A stretch of DNA of 63,244 nucleotides, counting the filler, from Sluysia triapertura (Eukaryota), in the NCBI GenBank assembly GCA_046118255.1. It is 5 parts of 5 records of this genome, joined end to end, with 100 filler letters (N's around TTAATTAATTAA, not from the genome) between each part and the next. Parts side by side here need not be neighbours in the genome. Positions count along the whole stretch, not along the records: positions 38,994 to 50,978 come from JBJNIA010150051.1; positions 51,079 to 63,244 come from JBJNIA010133178.1; 3 more parts are not named here. One strand, written 5' to 3'. The translations under genes and the position numbers were made by a program. Position 1 is the first letter of the stretch; each line of letters begins with the position of its first letter. Positions 48,465 through 62,979 of the stretch are shown piece after piece. The notes beneath the pieces are model-generated. The model did not search any database. It was not told where the DNA came from and saw only the letters and a list, made by a program, of their open reading frames with translations.

Positions 48465-49595
48465 TTAATAGATTAATAGCACTTGTATAAAAGGAAGTGC
48501 TTTCGAACATCTTAAAATACTAACATTGATAGATTCAGTACTTTTAACTCTGTATTCACATTTGATTACAGAATCATGATTAATATCTTGGTCATGACTG
48601 TCTTCGTCTTCTTCGTCATCATCAACAATATCTTCATCATCATAATTGTCATCCTCCTTCGAATATTGTATTAATTGATTGCGATTAATAAAATCTGGAT
48701 CTTCTTCTACATTAGCATGAGATGAATTATTATTACTAAAAATAGATTTTGAAATTGGAAACGAATTTGTAACTGTGACATTAGAATATTGTTCTTTTTT
48801 GTTGGGGAAATTATGTGATAATGAATGTTGTTGAGTAGATGAAATTGATGAAGACGAAGTTAATGCATCATACGTATGAATATTGTGAGAATATGTAACT
48901 TGATTGTGATGGTTGTGATGATTATGATAGCTCAGATAAGATTGATGCAGTTGGTGGTTTTGCTGAGTGTGGGTTAATGGATACAAATGAGTTGGTGATA
49001 TGTAGTTTGTGATATTAGTTGATTCTTTATACCAGTAATTCATAATTTCTGGACTATAATTCCAAACAATATTTAAATGAGGATATTGATTATTAAAAAA
49101 ATTGGTTGCAGAGAGATTTTGATAAAATCGAGATTGAACAGGTGGACTAATATTGGACAACATTACAGGGGTCGTTAAACCTATTAGATAGCTCTGGCAA
49201 CTAGTTGATTGAGATGGACTAATTGAAAGTACTGAAGGTGTATTTAATGAATTGTAATAAGTATTTGATTGATGTACAGGAGACTTTTGCTGTAACAGTT
49301 GATTGGCCCACTCACTCATAAGAACTTGTAGATACTTGTCATTTTGACAATCACGACAACTACCTTTTCGTGTGCTGTTCCAACAAGACTTAATAGAATA
49401 TCTCGAAGTTATTGATGATGAAGATGATATGGAAGATGGTGATAATGGTGATGATGGTGAAGAAATTGGACACAATTTTTCAATGTCTTCATCGTAATTA
49501 TTACATTTATTTTCTTTGATTTTCTTTGAACTATTTCCTTCGAATACACTACTTTCAGAAATATGTGGAAAAGATTTTGGATTAGACTGAATTAC
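48465..49595 (-). CDS. CSRNP-family protein, 3' exon (Ser/His/acidic low-complexity tail)
   Basis: tagcag (NAGNAG) acceptor, in frame with the 48465-49475 ORF and phase-0 joined to the upstream Cys-rich exon. Confidence 0.75.
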   Translation of the reverse strand, partial: VIQSNPKSFPHISESSVFEGNSSKKIKENKCNNYDEDIEKLCPISSPSSPLSPSSISSSSSITSRYSIKSCWNSTRKGSCRDCQNDKYLQVLMSEWANQLLQQKSPVHQSNTYYNSLNTPSVLSISPSQSTSCQSYLIGLTTPVMLSNISPPVQSRFYQNLSATNFFNNQYPHLNIVWNYSPEIMNYWYKESTNITNYISPTHLYPLTHTQQNHQLHQSYLSYHNHHNHHNQVTYSHNIHTYDALTSSSSISSTQQHSLSHNFPNKKEQYSNVTVTNSFPISKSIFSNNNSSHANVEEDPDFINRNQLIQYSKEDDNYDDEDIVDDDEEDEDSHDQDINHDSVIKCEYRVKSTESINVSILRCSKALPFIQVLLIY

Positions 49596-49717
49596 CTGCT
49601 AAATATTTCAATTAATTTATAATTTTATTATTGTTTTATAATTATATATATTGTACTAAATTTAAATTAAACTTAAATTAAACTTAGAAAATACATTTCA
49701 CACCATTTATAAAATAC

Positions 49718-50085
49718 CTTGTTATTATTATCATCAGCTTGTTCCTGATTCATCTGTAATCTCATCATTGTGTGTATAAAATGAGTTCGAACACGGATAG
49801 GATTGAATTCGAGGCGCCCAGCAGGATTAGTACATATAGATTTAGGTACGAACAAAGAATCATTACTATTTGTGTATTCGTTATTTGAGCTATTATTTAT
49901 TGTACCACAAGCACACGGAAATCCACCACGGTCTACCTGACATTGAATACCATTCATAGCACATTGGCAACCTGACCTAGGATCACCACATTGACCATTG
50001 ACGCAACGACAACCACATCGTTCACGACTTAACCGAATAAGATCACATGCTTCCTTATCCATAACAGAATCAATTCGAGTAGAAC
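49718..50085 (-). CDS. CSRNP: Cysteine/serine-rich nuclear protein (CSRNP/AXUD1 family), Cys-rich domain exon
   Basis: RID...IRLSRERCGCRC...CQCAMNGIQCQVDRGGFPCAC...CTNPAGRLEFNPIRVRTHFIHTMMRL is the CSRNP signature; cacag acceptor, gtattt donor. Confidence 0.92.
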
Positions 50086-50978
50086 CTGTGTTTAAATTAA
50101 AAATTCTTTAATATACTTTTAAAATGAAAGAATTTCTAAATAGTCAAATTGATGAATTAATTGGAAGGTTCATATAAAATTTCCAATCATTAAATAAATT
50201 GACTTTTGGATTTTTATATATGTCATCTATTTTTATAAAATTTTAGATTATTTCTGAACAATATATTTGAAAAAATACTTCTATGCCTGAAAAGAATGTT
50301 TTCCTGCACTTTGAATAAGGTCCAAATAAAAAATAATTAAATATTCGTAATAAAACTACTACTAATAATAAAATCAAGAATTGTTTGTTGATGGTTATGA
50401 ATTACTATAATATGATTAAAGTAACAAACTAAATTCGTTCATAAGTTTGTCGTAAATATTGAGAACTTTTTACAAAATTCACATTTCTGTGTAAAGTAAG
50501 ATACATCTTAAAAATGCATTGATTAAAAGTGTAGAATATTAAAATTCAAAAAAATGTATTATTTTTCAATTCACCGTTTCAATATTATCATTTGAAAGTT
50601 TTCATAAATAGATTTTGAATCTTAAACTAATAAATAGATAAATATAAACATATGAGATTCCAAAACTTGAAAACGTAAGTTTAATGATAAAACGAAAAGT
50701 AAACCTTGGAGAATGACAATTTATTTAGCTTCACATTTAGTGATTTACAGAATTATATTTTATTACGTTCAGTTTTATTTATGAAAATTTGATATCTTGA
50801 AATTCAAGTAAACAAAAACCAAACTTATTACAAATAAAATTATATGTGGAATGCGAAACACTTCAGATTGTTAAACTTACTTATTTTAAAATTAATTATG
50901 AAATTTAGAATAAAAGGTATTCAAATGTAAAGTTAATGATTCGCATAAGATAAATATATCAACACACACCGCGCATAT

Positions 50979-51078
50979 NNNNNNNNNNNNNNNNNNNNNN
51001 NNNNNNNNNNNNNNNNNNNNNNTTAATTAATTAANNNNNNNNNNNNNNNNNNNNNNNNNNNNNNNNNNNNNNNNNNNN
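50979..51078. other. Artificial contig spacer
   Basis: 44 N + TTAATTAATTAA + 44 N. Confidence 0.98.
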
Positions 51079-53569
51079 TTTGTTTAATAATCTGTGTACA
51101 TGTGAAGTGTTTTTATGTGATGAAGTGTGATGAATTTTGTGTGATTTCCCTACAACCTATAAGTTTATTTACTAAAAATATAAAAACTTGCCAATAGTAA
51201 TAAAATTATCCTACATAGTTCTAAAAATTAAGTCGAATTACAATTTCAAAATTAAATGATGTAGAATAACATTTAAATTCAAATAACGCTAATATGTAAA
51301 ATTGTGACATTTTTTAATTTATCTCTGTTAGAGATGGAAATGCTAAGTTTTACAGAAACTTACAAATGTCTTATTCTCGATATTCTGTATTGGTTTAAAT
51401 AAATAAAATAATTAACTAAAATCTATTGCCGCATAACTACAAAAATTACTATGTCCTAAGAAATCACAGGTAATTTTCTTATAATTTATATTGATTTTAA
51501 TTCTAATATTTTATAAACTTTATATTTTACTTATCTTATGTCATCCAATAATTATTTGGATCACTTGAATATTTAAAATGTAAATATAAAACGTGTAAAT
51601 GAATTGTAAATAAAAAATTTCTAAGTAATGAATTAATTTAATTGTAAATTAAATTTAAAGGAGTAATTTATAAAAAATAAATTTCAAATATTAAAAATTT
51701 TTTATATTTATATTAAGAATTAATTTTATTATTTCGTATTAGTTTTTTTATGTTGATTGACAGAATTTAGTTGACAATAAGTTTATGTTATGTGCATTTC
51801 GTATTCATAATAATTTCAAGTGATAATAATTTTATGCTCTAATTAATAAATTCATTTTTATGATAATTTTAAATTAGTATTTTAAAAGTAAATTTTTAAC
51901 TTGCGATTTCATTAAAAACATAAATTTTTAATTTGCGATCTCATTAAAAGTAAGAATTATTTTATTATTTTAACATTATTACAAGTAGAAGAAAAGAATT
52001 TTTAAAGAAACATTTTTTGTAATCGCACTAGAAGCACAATTTTGATTAGGAGCTATCATCGTTAGCATATTTCGACAATTTGTCATTTTAACGATTTTTG
52101 ACGTTTTGTCATTTCAATAACTTGGTACTTCGACGATTGGCATCTTATAGATTTATAAACTTTAATTGGAAACGAAAGGATTTACCATCATTATCATTAT
52201 TATTATGAAATCGTAAGTTAATTTTACATAAGTCTAAATAACTATAATATTAGTTTTAATATTTTTACTTAAAATCAAAAACAACTTTTAGTCATTCTTT
52301 TAAAATTTTATAATAATTTTCTAAAGTCTTAGAACTTCAGAATCAATATTTTATTATTAATAATAATTTGTATTCATCTTTAAAACGTGTAATTAATGAA
52401 ATTTCGATATTTATTTGTTATTTTATTAAAGTTTTTTTGTACGAGAATTAGAAAATGTAGATACTTACCCTTAAGCATAGATTAAAAGACTCCTATTTTA
52501 AAAACAATTTATTTGTAGAATAATAAGCACTTGTATAAGAACCCTCTTTTCGTAGCATTTTGACATCTACCTGTAACCGTGTCTTCCTAGGGATATTAAT
52601 CACTGGATTATAGGCGAACCCATAAATAAATTTAAATTATAATTGTTTAAGTTAGGTAATAAATTCATTAAAAAACTCATTTGAAAGTATTTTATAATAA
52701 TACAATAATTTAAATCAAAAATAAAATCTTTTAAAATATAAATATAAAAGATATTTGTTAAGTGTGGCATTAATAATGAAATTAATTAGTTTTAATTAAT
52801 CCTTTTTAGTTTATAGCCTGTAATTATATTTACAATAAAGGAATAATAATACAATAATACAATAATACAACTTGAATTTGTACTAAACACAGCACTTTCA
52901 TTTCTGATAATCAAGGGACAGTCAAAAGTACTTACGATACTAATCCTAATGCAAATTGAAATAAAGAAAGTAAAAATATCCCAAAGGTTATAAATTATAT
53001 AATTACATAATTATAAATAAAATATAATCTAAATAGAAAATAATCGTCTTAATATATGCGCTTTTGTCATTCAAATGAAAATGATGTTACATTTAATGTA
53101 ATATTAAATTCAAATGATTTAATATCACTCATCATACAACAATAATATCAATACAATAGCAGTATTTGTTTCAAACTATTGAATATAAACCAAACCAATT
53201 TAACAATTATCTGGAAATCGAATCGAAAACTGATATATTATGTCAAAAGTTTGCTTAACCATTTGAAAATTTTTTAATGATCTAGAATCAGGAGGAATTG
53301 GCAACTTTACAATTTGTTGGCCAAAGTATAAAACATTAATGAATTTCAGAAGTATATTTTCTTATAAATGTAATATGTTGTACTACCCATTTTGTAAAAT
53401 AATTTTAACATAATGCTCATTTTTACTATAAAAATGTTAAATTAATTATCATTCATGTGTTAAATTAATATATTAAAATAATTTTAAAATAAATTAAATA
53501 TATTAAAATAATTTTAAAATAAAAAATAATTCCAAAATAATTTTTAAATTTTTAAATACTCAAAAATTA

Positions 53570-56500
53570 TAATGTTGCATCAATTTAAAATGAGATTACA
53601 TACAGTTAATATAAATTCAAAATTTAGTAATGAATAACAATCAAATTTAAATTGAAATTATATAAATAATCATTTTAAAGATAATATGAAATTAATATTT
53701 ATTAACATTAAACCTTATTATTATAGTTAATAAAATTATCTTAAAACAAGAATTAATAATAACAATATGAAATCAAACTTTAAGAACATGAAATCCGATT
53801 AAAATATGATTCGGAATACTATATGTAAGTTGAAATTATATTAAATTGAGATAAAATAGAATTAGTATGTAATTAAAAATTTATAACATTATTTTCGATT
53901 AAATTAACTTAAATTAGAGATTTGACAAAATAATATTGACTGGAAGTAATTATTCTGTTACGCATAAATTTTTGTCAATCTATAATAATTAATAATAACT
54001 GTCTGGATTAATAATTAAATACTATTTTGATAATTCTATTGATGTTTCATATCATTGTTGATTAACTATATGACTATTAACGTCTGGATTAATAATTAAA
54101 TAGTATAATTTTTCGATAATTCTATTAACTGGAAATAATTATATAATAATAGCTGTAATATATAAATGATAAAAACACAAGAAAAACAAAAATAATTTCG
54201 AGATTATCGTTAATTCATAAACAGTTTTGGAGATATTGAACGAATTGAGAAGACATCGGAACATTTCACTAACATTTTTAGAGGAATTGAGAAGATATCG
54301 ATTTTATCAAAACAGGTAAGAAATACTTCCAGTTTAAAGTAAAAGAAAATTAATTTATATAAGTATAAATTTCTTAACATTATTTACATTAATTTTATGG
54401 ATTTCTAATTAGTTTAATAAATGATTTTCACAGTTTTTATTTATTTTTATAATGAAAGAAAAGAGGGCATTGATAATACAGTCATAAGGTGAAATTAAGT
54501 ACTTTTATAAAAGAATTTAATAGCTTAAAATAAAATTTAACAAGTATTAAAATTAGACACGTATATTATAAAGTTAAAATAAAGGAAGAAAATGTATTAA
54601 AAATTTTAAAAGTATATTGAAGAGTTTAAAGTTGAATTAACTCAATTTAATTAAAATTGAATTAAATAAAACGAAGTTTCGTCGGATAACATTTAAGCAC
54701 GTACAATAATTCAAATAAATAAACTTTAAAGAATTAGAACTTTTGTTAAGCACTTCCATCTCGAATAACTGGGACGCACGTTCGATTCACACTTCCAGAT
54801 AAGGCAAACATAATAGACATTACTTGCAGAATAAATTAATAGGGGAAATTTACATTAATAAAAGATTGTACCTATAGATTGTACCTATAGGTAATAATAT
54901 AAAGAGAAGACGACATTAAAGAAGTTAAGCGCATTCAAATTCTATAAAACATAACTTTTTAATTTTTTACATAATAATACTCATTTAAAATAGCTTTAAG
55001 ATATAAAGAGATTAATTAGAAATTAATTTGATTGAAAATCTTTTGAAAAATGATAAAAAAATTGAAAAGAAATTAAAACATCGAAAAATTAGTTTTACAA
55101 TTTCCAAAGATTTTAGGCAAAGGTATATTTCTTATAATGTATCAATCTGCATACATTGTCTATCACTCAACAGAAGAAGCTCTCTTAAGAATAAATTATA
55201 TTTCAAATGATTTTAAGATCACTAAACGTGCTTTGATGGTTTTGTTAGATGTGCCTACTGCTTCACATATAGTACAATAAACTGGTTTTGTAAATAATAA
55301 TGCTCATTCTTGTGTATTTAAATTCTAAAATAAAGTTAAAACAATTTTAAAATCATTATTATTAAAAAATTATTGATGTCATAAAGCTTTTAATGTGAGA
55401 TTACATAGAGATAATATAAATTCAAAATTTAGTAACAAATAACAATTAATTTTAAATTGAAATTGTATGGATAATCATATAAAGATAATACGAAGTCAAA
55501 ACCTTACTATCACAATCAGTAAAATCATTTTAAAATAAGAATTAATAAAAATATGAAATCAAATCCGATCAAAATTAACGATTAGATAAAAAAGAAGTCA
55601 CATGTAATCAAAATTTAAAAGCATTGAATCTTTTGAAATTATCTTAAATTAAGATTGCATAAAATTAACATGGAAAATAAATTTAAAATGATTATAAATT
55701 GAATGAACTAAAACCGAAAAACTAATAATAATAATAATAGTTATAATTTTGTCGATAGTTTTAATAAAACTATTATATTTGATTAATGTAGCCAAAGTAA
55801 GTGATATTCAATGTGCTCAGTTCAAAATTAATAAAACATAATATCAAATAAATTTTATTGAGTAGTACATTGAATTAATAAACTAAGCTAATTATAAAAT
55901 ATTCATTTTTATTTTATAAAATACCTAACTATTAAACTAAAAAAACGGTTAATAGTTATTTAAATACATTTTTATCTATTATTAGTTTCGTTATTATTGT
56001 ATAAATTGTTTATCAAATAAATTTTTCTTTTATTCGACTTTCTTAGTTGTCGGAAGTGGTGCCACCAGAGAAAGGACCAAATTTGAACTATATTACAATT
56101 AAAATAATAATAATCCTTACCAATTAAAGTTATATTCGTGCAAATTACATAAAATAAAATTCAATCTTCAAATAAAACAAAAGATCAAACCTATCTGCGT
56201 TTCCATTCAAGATTATCGTACGAGTACCCGAGTTTTTTATATATAAAAATAAATCTAGAACGCAAAGGTTATCCATAAAGTAAGACAATAAAGAGTGTAT
56301 AAGATAGAATAATTATTAAAAGACTTCAAGCTATTGTTAACAAGTGATAATTTTACATAACCAAAGAAGTTTAAATTATTGTTGAAGAAGCGAGAATACG
56401 CCTAAGAACTTCTTAAGACAGTGTATTAAGTCTGCATCAAATAGTTTGTTATTAAGAACTAGAGTAAAATGAATCTCTTGATAAAGGTTTTAGAGTAACG

Positions 56501-56915
56501 ACGAGAGTTCATAAAGAAAATTGAATTTATCGTGAGAACGTATAGAATGTATAAATTATAAGTTTATAAATCGATTGATATCATTAAGTATTATAAAACC
56601 ATCTAAGATTTAAGCAAATAATTAAATTAATAAATTTTACACACAAATATATAATTAGATTTTATTAAATAAATGATTTTGTGTTTAATTCATTCTTTTA
56701 ATTGAACAAGGGAAACTGAAAATGGAGCAATAGATAAAAGGTAAAATAAACTTTTACAAAGAGAAATTAAAGCATTACAAGGTGAAATAAAGATTTTAAA
56801 CTATCATTAAATAAACATAGACATTTAAATAAAATTCGTAAAATTTCAAGATAAATTGTTAAGCACTTCCATCCGGAATAACTGAGACAAGTATTTGAAT
56901 TCATACCTTTAGATA
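53570..56915. repeat. Diverged repeat cluster (internal direct repeats; same family as 28960-30480)
   Basis: ttgttaagcacttccatc...gaataactg occurs near 54745 and 56857; about 53570-53930 resembles 55380-55660. Confidence 0.7.
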
Positions 56916-59900
56916 AAGTGAAGCTAATATATTAATATAGAGTACAGATATTATCCGTGAACAAATTATTATTGAACAATTACATTAACAATAATAATTT
57001 AGCTTCTTGAATCTTGATTTATATTTTCTAGACAGACTTTAAAATTCCAGTCTCAAAAACATACATAACTGTTTACTGCTTATCAAGCAGACAAGTTTCA
57101 ACAATACCACTATCAGAGATTCACAGTCACTTTAAATACATTCATATACCTCTAATTCTTAACTTTAAATTTAACAGTTTGGAGAATGGTTTAACACGTA
57201 CCTCATTCGGCCTTAATAATAGTAATAAGAATATTAACTGAGTAGTCATAACGTAGTTCGTGTAAACGAAGTCCCCAGTTGTTCACAACTGACATAATCA
57301 TCAGTTGGATAATTTTCGACTGATACATTTAAATTTAAACTCATACTTTCGCTAAACCTAAGCCTTGTTATCAGAACATAAAATTTTTTAACTTTTATCT
57401 AAAATTGTGACCAAAAAATAAAAAGAATCAGATAATTGTAATTAAAGTCTGTGTGTTACCAATGAAATTCAATTCAAGATGATTATGACGTAATTTGAAT
57501 TCCAGTAGTTTGACAATAGATGATGATAACACTGATAGTTCTAATGATTATGACACATAAGTATAATAATGATAATGATGATATATTTGAATAAGTAACT
57601 TATGTCACTATTATTACTATTGTAGTTACTGTCATTATTATTTATGATACAACACAGATTTTAATGTAATATTTCCATATATCTGAGCAACTTATAATTT
57701 TTAATTAGTGCATTAAAATAGATTTGCATTCAGTCTTGTATTGTTGATGCACAGATGTAGAAATTCGGAAACCAATGCAAATGCAGATGAATTCAAGTGC
57801 AAGGAATGAAATGAGATTTGTTCAATCGGATGGATAGCGTGGAGAATTGTATTTTGGTAATAAAAGAAATTACTTATCATTCATAAGGAATTATCTGATC
57901 AAAACTAGCTAGTTGCAATAATTTTGAGCATAAATCAATTAAATGATAAGTAATATCAATATTGTTTAAAACTACTATGATTAATCAAATGATATTCTGA
58001 AAGTAACAGTCCTACATATCTTAAAAACCATAACTGAAATTGATAAGCACTTTATCACGTCCAATAAATGGATTTTTCAATCATTCTTTCAAAAGTGTCA
58101 AACACTGAAAAGAATTAAGATGAAATTATTGAGTTGGATTTGATTCGAAATATATTATATTAGAATGACTCTACTGATACAGTAGGTAACGTACGAACAA
58201 TCATACAATCTGTTGGACTGAACTTGAACTCGAACATGATTTACAATTTATTGTTGAGTATCACAAAATTTACAATTTAATACATTATAAAACCAATGTT
58301 TCCGCCAAGAAAGTACTATGTGTAAATATTAAACGCATGGGCGAACATTTGTAGCAGTCTGAGCAAATTTTGCAATCCTAAATTTATTAAATTTAACATA
58401 AAATATTTATGTTACTATTAATTTACAAAAAAATGTTAATATTAAATTGCAAAACGCTATAAATTAATTTTTATTTTGAAAATAATGTGTCTGCTTTAAT
58501 ATACTGCGCGGGAGCAGTATAATCTACGCGCAGCTTGAGGGAATATTGTTTATGACTCATAATTTATTAATGCAACTATTTAGTATAAAGTAAATGCATT
58601 AATTGAATATATAGGTTTCGTATTTTGTTATAAATAATCAAATTTCATCAATTTTTAGATTTGTTAACAACCTTTACATATTTTTCATGCGTCCTAATAA
58701 ACGTAATCCTCTTTTTGATAAATATAATTTTAGAGTTAATGTGTTAATTAAATTTTCTCTTAAAATGATCTTTAACAGAAAATTGGTGGCATGGAAAAAC
58801 TTCTGCTAGGGTACATAGATAATACTTCATTTTTTTCGAATTATATATGTAATTAATTATAATTACAACAGTGATGATCATAATCTTGATACAAGTCATC
58901 AATTTAAAAATTTTCCAATAGAAAATAATATAGTTAAATTAACAATAAAACAAAAATATTTGTATTAACTTCTTTTTGACTTTCATAAATAAATTCAAAT
59001 TTCAAAAACCTAATTTCAATAAACATCCAACAAAATTAAATCTATTAAAGACAATGATTCTAACACATTTTCCATATATGAAATCCACAACAAATTTTCT
59101 CTATTATATATGCGAATCCTTTATTTTCGACACATATAACACTCCACCAATTATTCAAATGCGAATAAAGTTCAAATCTTCTACATCAAACTTGCCACTC
59201 AAGATTTAGAATAACATTCCTGTCCATTTTAGCAACACATCAATAACAATTAACATCAACAATACAATGTAAAATACATTAAATACAAATACTATTAACA
59301 GATAACCCAATAAAACCAAAAAAACCTAAGGGTTTAAACTAAAATATTTAACAACTATGACGAAAGTAATATTTACATTACTAATAACTCTAGTTTCGAG
59401 AAACATAAAGACTCTATGATCAAAGGCAACAATTTTACTAGCAATTCGTTCACAAATGAACACCTTGTGCAATACCTCAATGATAATAAATTTCATTTTC
59501 TACTACCAATCAAATAAACACCATAAAACACTTCAATACATATCTATCTAATTAATAGAACTTCAAAAAATAAAGCCATATCAAACATAATACGATTAAT
59601 CTCACAGCATAAAATAATACAGAAAATTGTAACTATAAAAATAACATTAACATGCAGAACGTGTCAACAAGAGTAAAGGAACATCAATTAAGAAACAATA
59701 AACCCCCAACATCCGCGATTAACTAAATATCATGTTAAATCAGTAATTTGCGAAAGAAAAATACTAGCGAAAAATCAAACTAGTTCTGCACATAGTAATA
59801 AATATTTATTAATATTAACAAATATTTTAATAAATTAATAAATGTAATTATGATAAACTGAAAGATTTATTTTTTGCGCTAATGTCCAGAAATCGACCTC

Positions 59901-60563
59901 TTTTCAGCTTGAATTTGGCTGAAGTAGCCCGCAAATAGTTATATGCAGATTGACATATTAATTGCGTTTGTCTATATGATTGTATCATCACCAGAAGTAT
60001 GCATTATAATTTGTAGAATACAATTTCATTTAATTTAAAAAACTTAATTTTTTGGAATTCAATATTTTAATACATTGTCAATTGTATTTTTAATTAGCAC
60101 AACGCTATGAAACTTTATTACTACTATGTTCACTTATTAATGACTTTATGTGTTACAAAACATTATATAAACATTACATAAAACGTTATATTATCAATCA
60201 AAATTTCGAAATGTTATATGTTAATGGAAATAAATAATGTTAAAATTAATATGTTAACGAAAAATACGGCCATTTTGGTCATTCACAACTATAGCAGTCA
60301 TTAATTTAAATCGAGTTTGTGTGGTGGCCAACCTTTCACTTAAAATTGAAACTACTAATTCACACAAAATATCACTATCTTTTTTATTTTTTACATTCTA
60401 CTTCCTCAGAATTTATCAAAACCTTTTCATATTTCAAAATATTCTAAATGTACAACCTAACAACATCAAAACTATATCTACATTTCAGATCTCATTTAAA
60501 ATATTCTTATCTCACAATTCTACAACATTAGAATCACAATTTACATCTTAAATTATCATAGAA

Positions 60564-60609
<46 letters not shown>
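60564..60609. repeat. (AAT)n microsatellite
   Basis: Direct reading. Confidence 0.95.
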
Positions 60610-61312
60610 TATTAATTTATATTGCGCTCATATCTACTGCAAAATAACTACTTCAAAGCACTTAATATAAATCATTCACTATAATAATTCTGAAACAGAA
60701 TGAACTTTGCCTTTTTCTTAAATATTTCATAATCTTCCGGTAATATGAAAAATATAAAACAAATTTCCTGTATTTATATTTTTAAAATGAATTTTATGCT
60801 TGAAATTTACTTTCAAAATTAAAATAAATCAATATCGTCACTGTGTAATACTAATGAATTAAAACATTAGGTCTCCAATATAGAATCAAGCTAAGTTACG
60901 ATAATTGAAAATCGATAATATAAGATCAACCAAAATTTATATTTCATAATATAATATTTCATAAGCACCAGATAACTTTGTCCACAATTGCATTTCGAGT
61001 ATAATAATCTTTTTATTTCATTATATATTACTTTTTAACACGAAATTTTCTCGTTATTTTTCCATTTTTTAACACGTTGGCTACCAATGTATCGGTTCGC
61101 GGTGTCGCAAGTGTGTGGCGTGTCTACCTATTCAGTTTTAGATAAGCTGTTGCACTACTATTTTGTGCCACTTAAAGTCATTTCATTAGAAAATTTCCAT
61201 GTATTCTCAATTTCGGTAGAGAACATGTTATGGAAATAATTTTATTAAAGAATGATATTCGAACTTTAAAATTTGTATATTAATAATTAAATTCGAATGC
61301 TAAAAATTAAAA

Positions 61313-61428
61313 CACCTATCCCCCGATTTACGCGGTACTTGTTTTACACGGTTTTTTATCGTTTTTCCAAATAATTTTTTTACGTTTTTATCAGGGACGT
61401 ATCTCCCGTGTAAATCGGGGGATAGGTG
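61313..61428. mobile_element. 116-bp MITE with 23-bp TIRs (pogo/Tigger-like)
   Basis: CACCTATCCCCCGATTTACGCGG ... CCGTGTAAATCGGGGGATAGGTG (one mismatch); right flank TA, left flank AA. Confidence 0.85.
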
Positions 61429-62940
61429 TATTGTATGTATAAATTTATATAATAATAATTTTTTAAGTGATACATTAATAAATTCAGTATAACATAAATT
61501 TTAATAAACTACATCTCATTTTGAATGTCCTTAGGTTTACTTACGATAATATTAATATTAATAATAATATAATAAAATATAATATAATATAGTAATAATA
61601 TTAATAATGATAATATTAATCAAAATTTTAAACTCCTACACAACTACACAGCAATTAAATAACTTAATGTGGTGGCCAACATTAGCATTCAAAATTTTAA
61701 CTCATCGCGTCACAATAAAAATCACATTTTTATAACACTTCTGCTACTTATTCCATCAAAAATCATTGAGTTTCTAGTATAATAGTAATTTAAGTGCAAT
61801 TCTTTTAACATCTCCAACTTCATTAATTCCTTTTATACTTCTTTTGCTTTAGAACAGTGTACAGAGTTTCCTCTAACAAATATTTTATTGCTCATTTCAA
61901 TAAAACTTTAGTATGTTGAAGAATTCTAAAGAATTTTTGTAAAGAAATTTTCGTATATTATTCGAGTGTTTTAATTGGCATTATCCAAATCAGCGTCGTC
62001 GCATACAGTGAAAAATCTGATGGTACAATCAATTACAATCCTGATGTTTATTGTACTTAATATGATGTAAACACACCAATTTGCCGAAACTTAACCTCTC
62101 CTTGTTTAAAAATTCAATATTGTAAAAATATTTCTGTAAAAACAAGTTCAAATGATTATTTTGCTAATTCTACCATTACTAAATCTATACATGTTGGTAA
62201 GCCAGAAATTAAAACAACTTGTGACGCAGTGGAATGGAAAGTTGGAAAAAATTATGTTAAAACCATGAATGAGTCATTAATAAAAGTGGCTCCGGTAACA
62301 AAGGATTCGGCAATAGTCCTATTAGATTCAAGGAATACTTTACATCAAATATTTCCAATTCTATGTTGGAATTGGGCAACGTGTTATAAGATGACTGTAG
62401 TATATTCGTAGTTGGTAGCGAATGGGTTAAGTAGTGCTGACATTGACTTTTGATATGACATTATTGATTCGATATTTTGTGAAAAAATGTGATCATACAG
62501 TTGATGATAAACTGATTATTTAGTTACTTAAGAGCTTTCTTTAAGTATTTTGTTTTTCTAACCAACAAATTTACAGAAATTTCATGAACTGTAGTATCGT
62601 AACGACTACATTCTATGGAAAAGTATTATTTGAAATTTTAATAATGCGATTATTTTATTATTTTCACAATAAAATTATTACATTTTTAATGGAATTTTTA
62701 TGTTATGAAACCTTTGATAGGAATCGTAGTTTTTAGGGTTTCTTTTTCTTTTAATATCGCATATATTGTAAATGGGTTACGGCCATATTCTTTGGTTAGA
62801 TCAACCAAACGCATACCTTTTTCGTATTTTCATTATCTGTTCCTCTTACCACTTTTTCCATCACTTTTTTGGGATCAATAGGGTTAATAAAAGTTAAATA
62901 AAATTTCTTTTGTAACCAGACGTAATTTTTTTTCCGAGGC

Positions 62941-62943
<3 letters not shown>

Positions 62944-62976
<33 letters not shown>
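62944..62976. repeat. (TA)n microsatellite
   Basis: Direct reading. Confidence 0.95.

Positions 62977-62979
<3 letters not shown>

Noticed and set aside
57300-58400. Possible Gypsy gag/zinc-knuckle remnant
   Set aside because: Only faint, stop-riddled resemblance; cannot be supported without a profile search.
58501-58520. Hairpin atactgc-gcggga-gcagtat as a Helitron 3' end
   Set aside because: No CTRR terminus follows at the expected distance.
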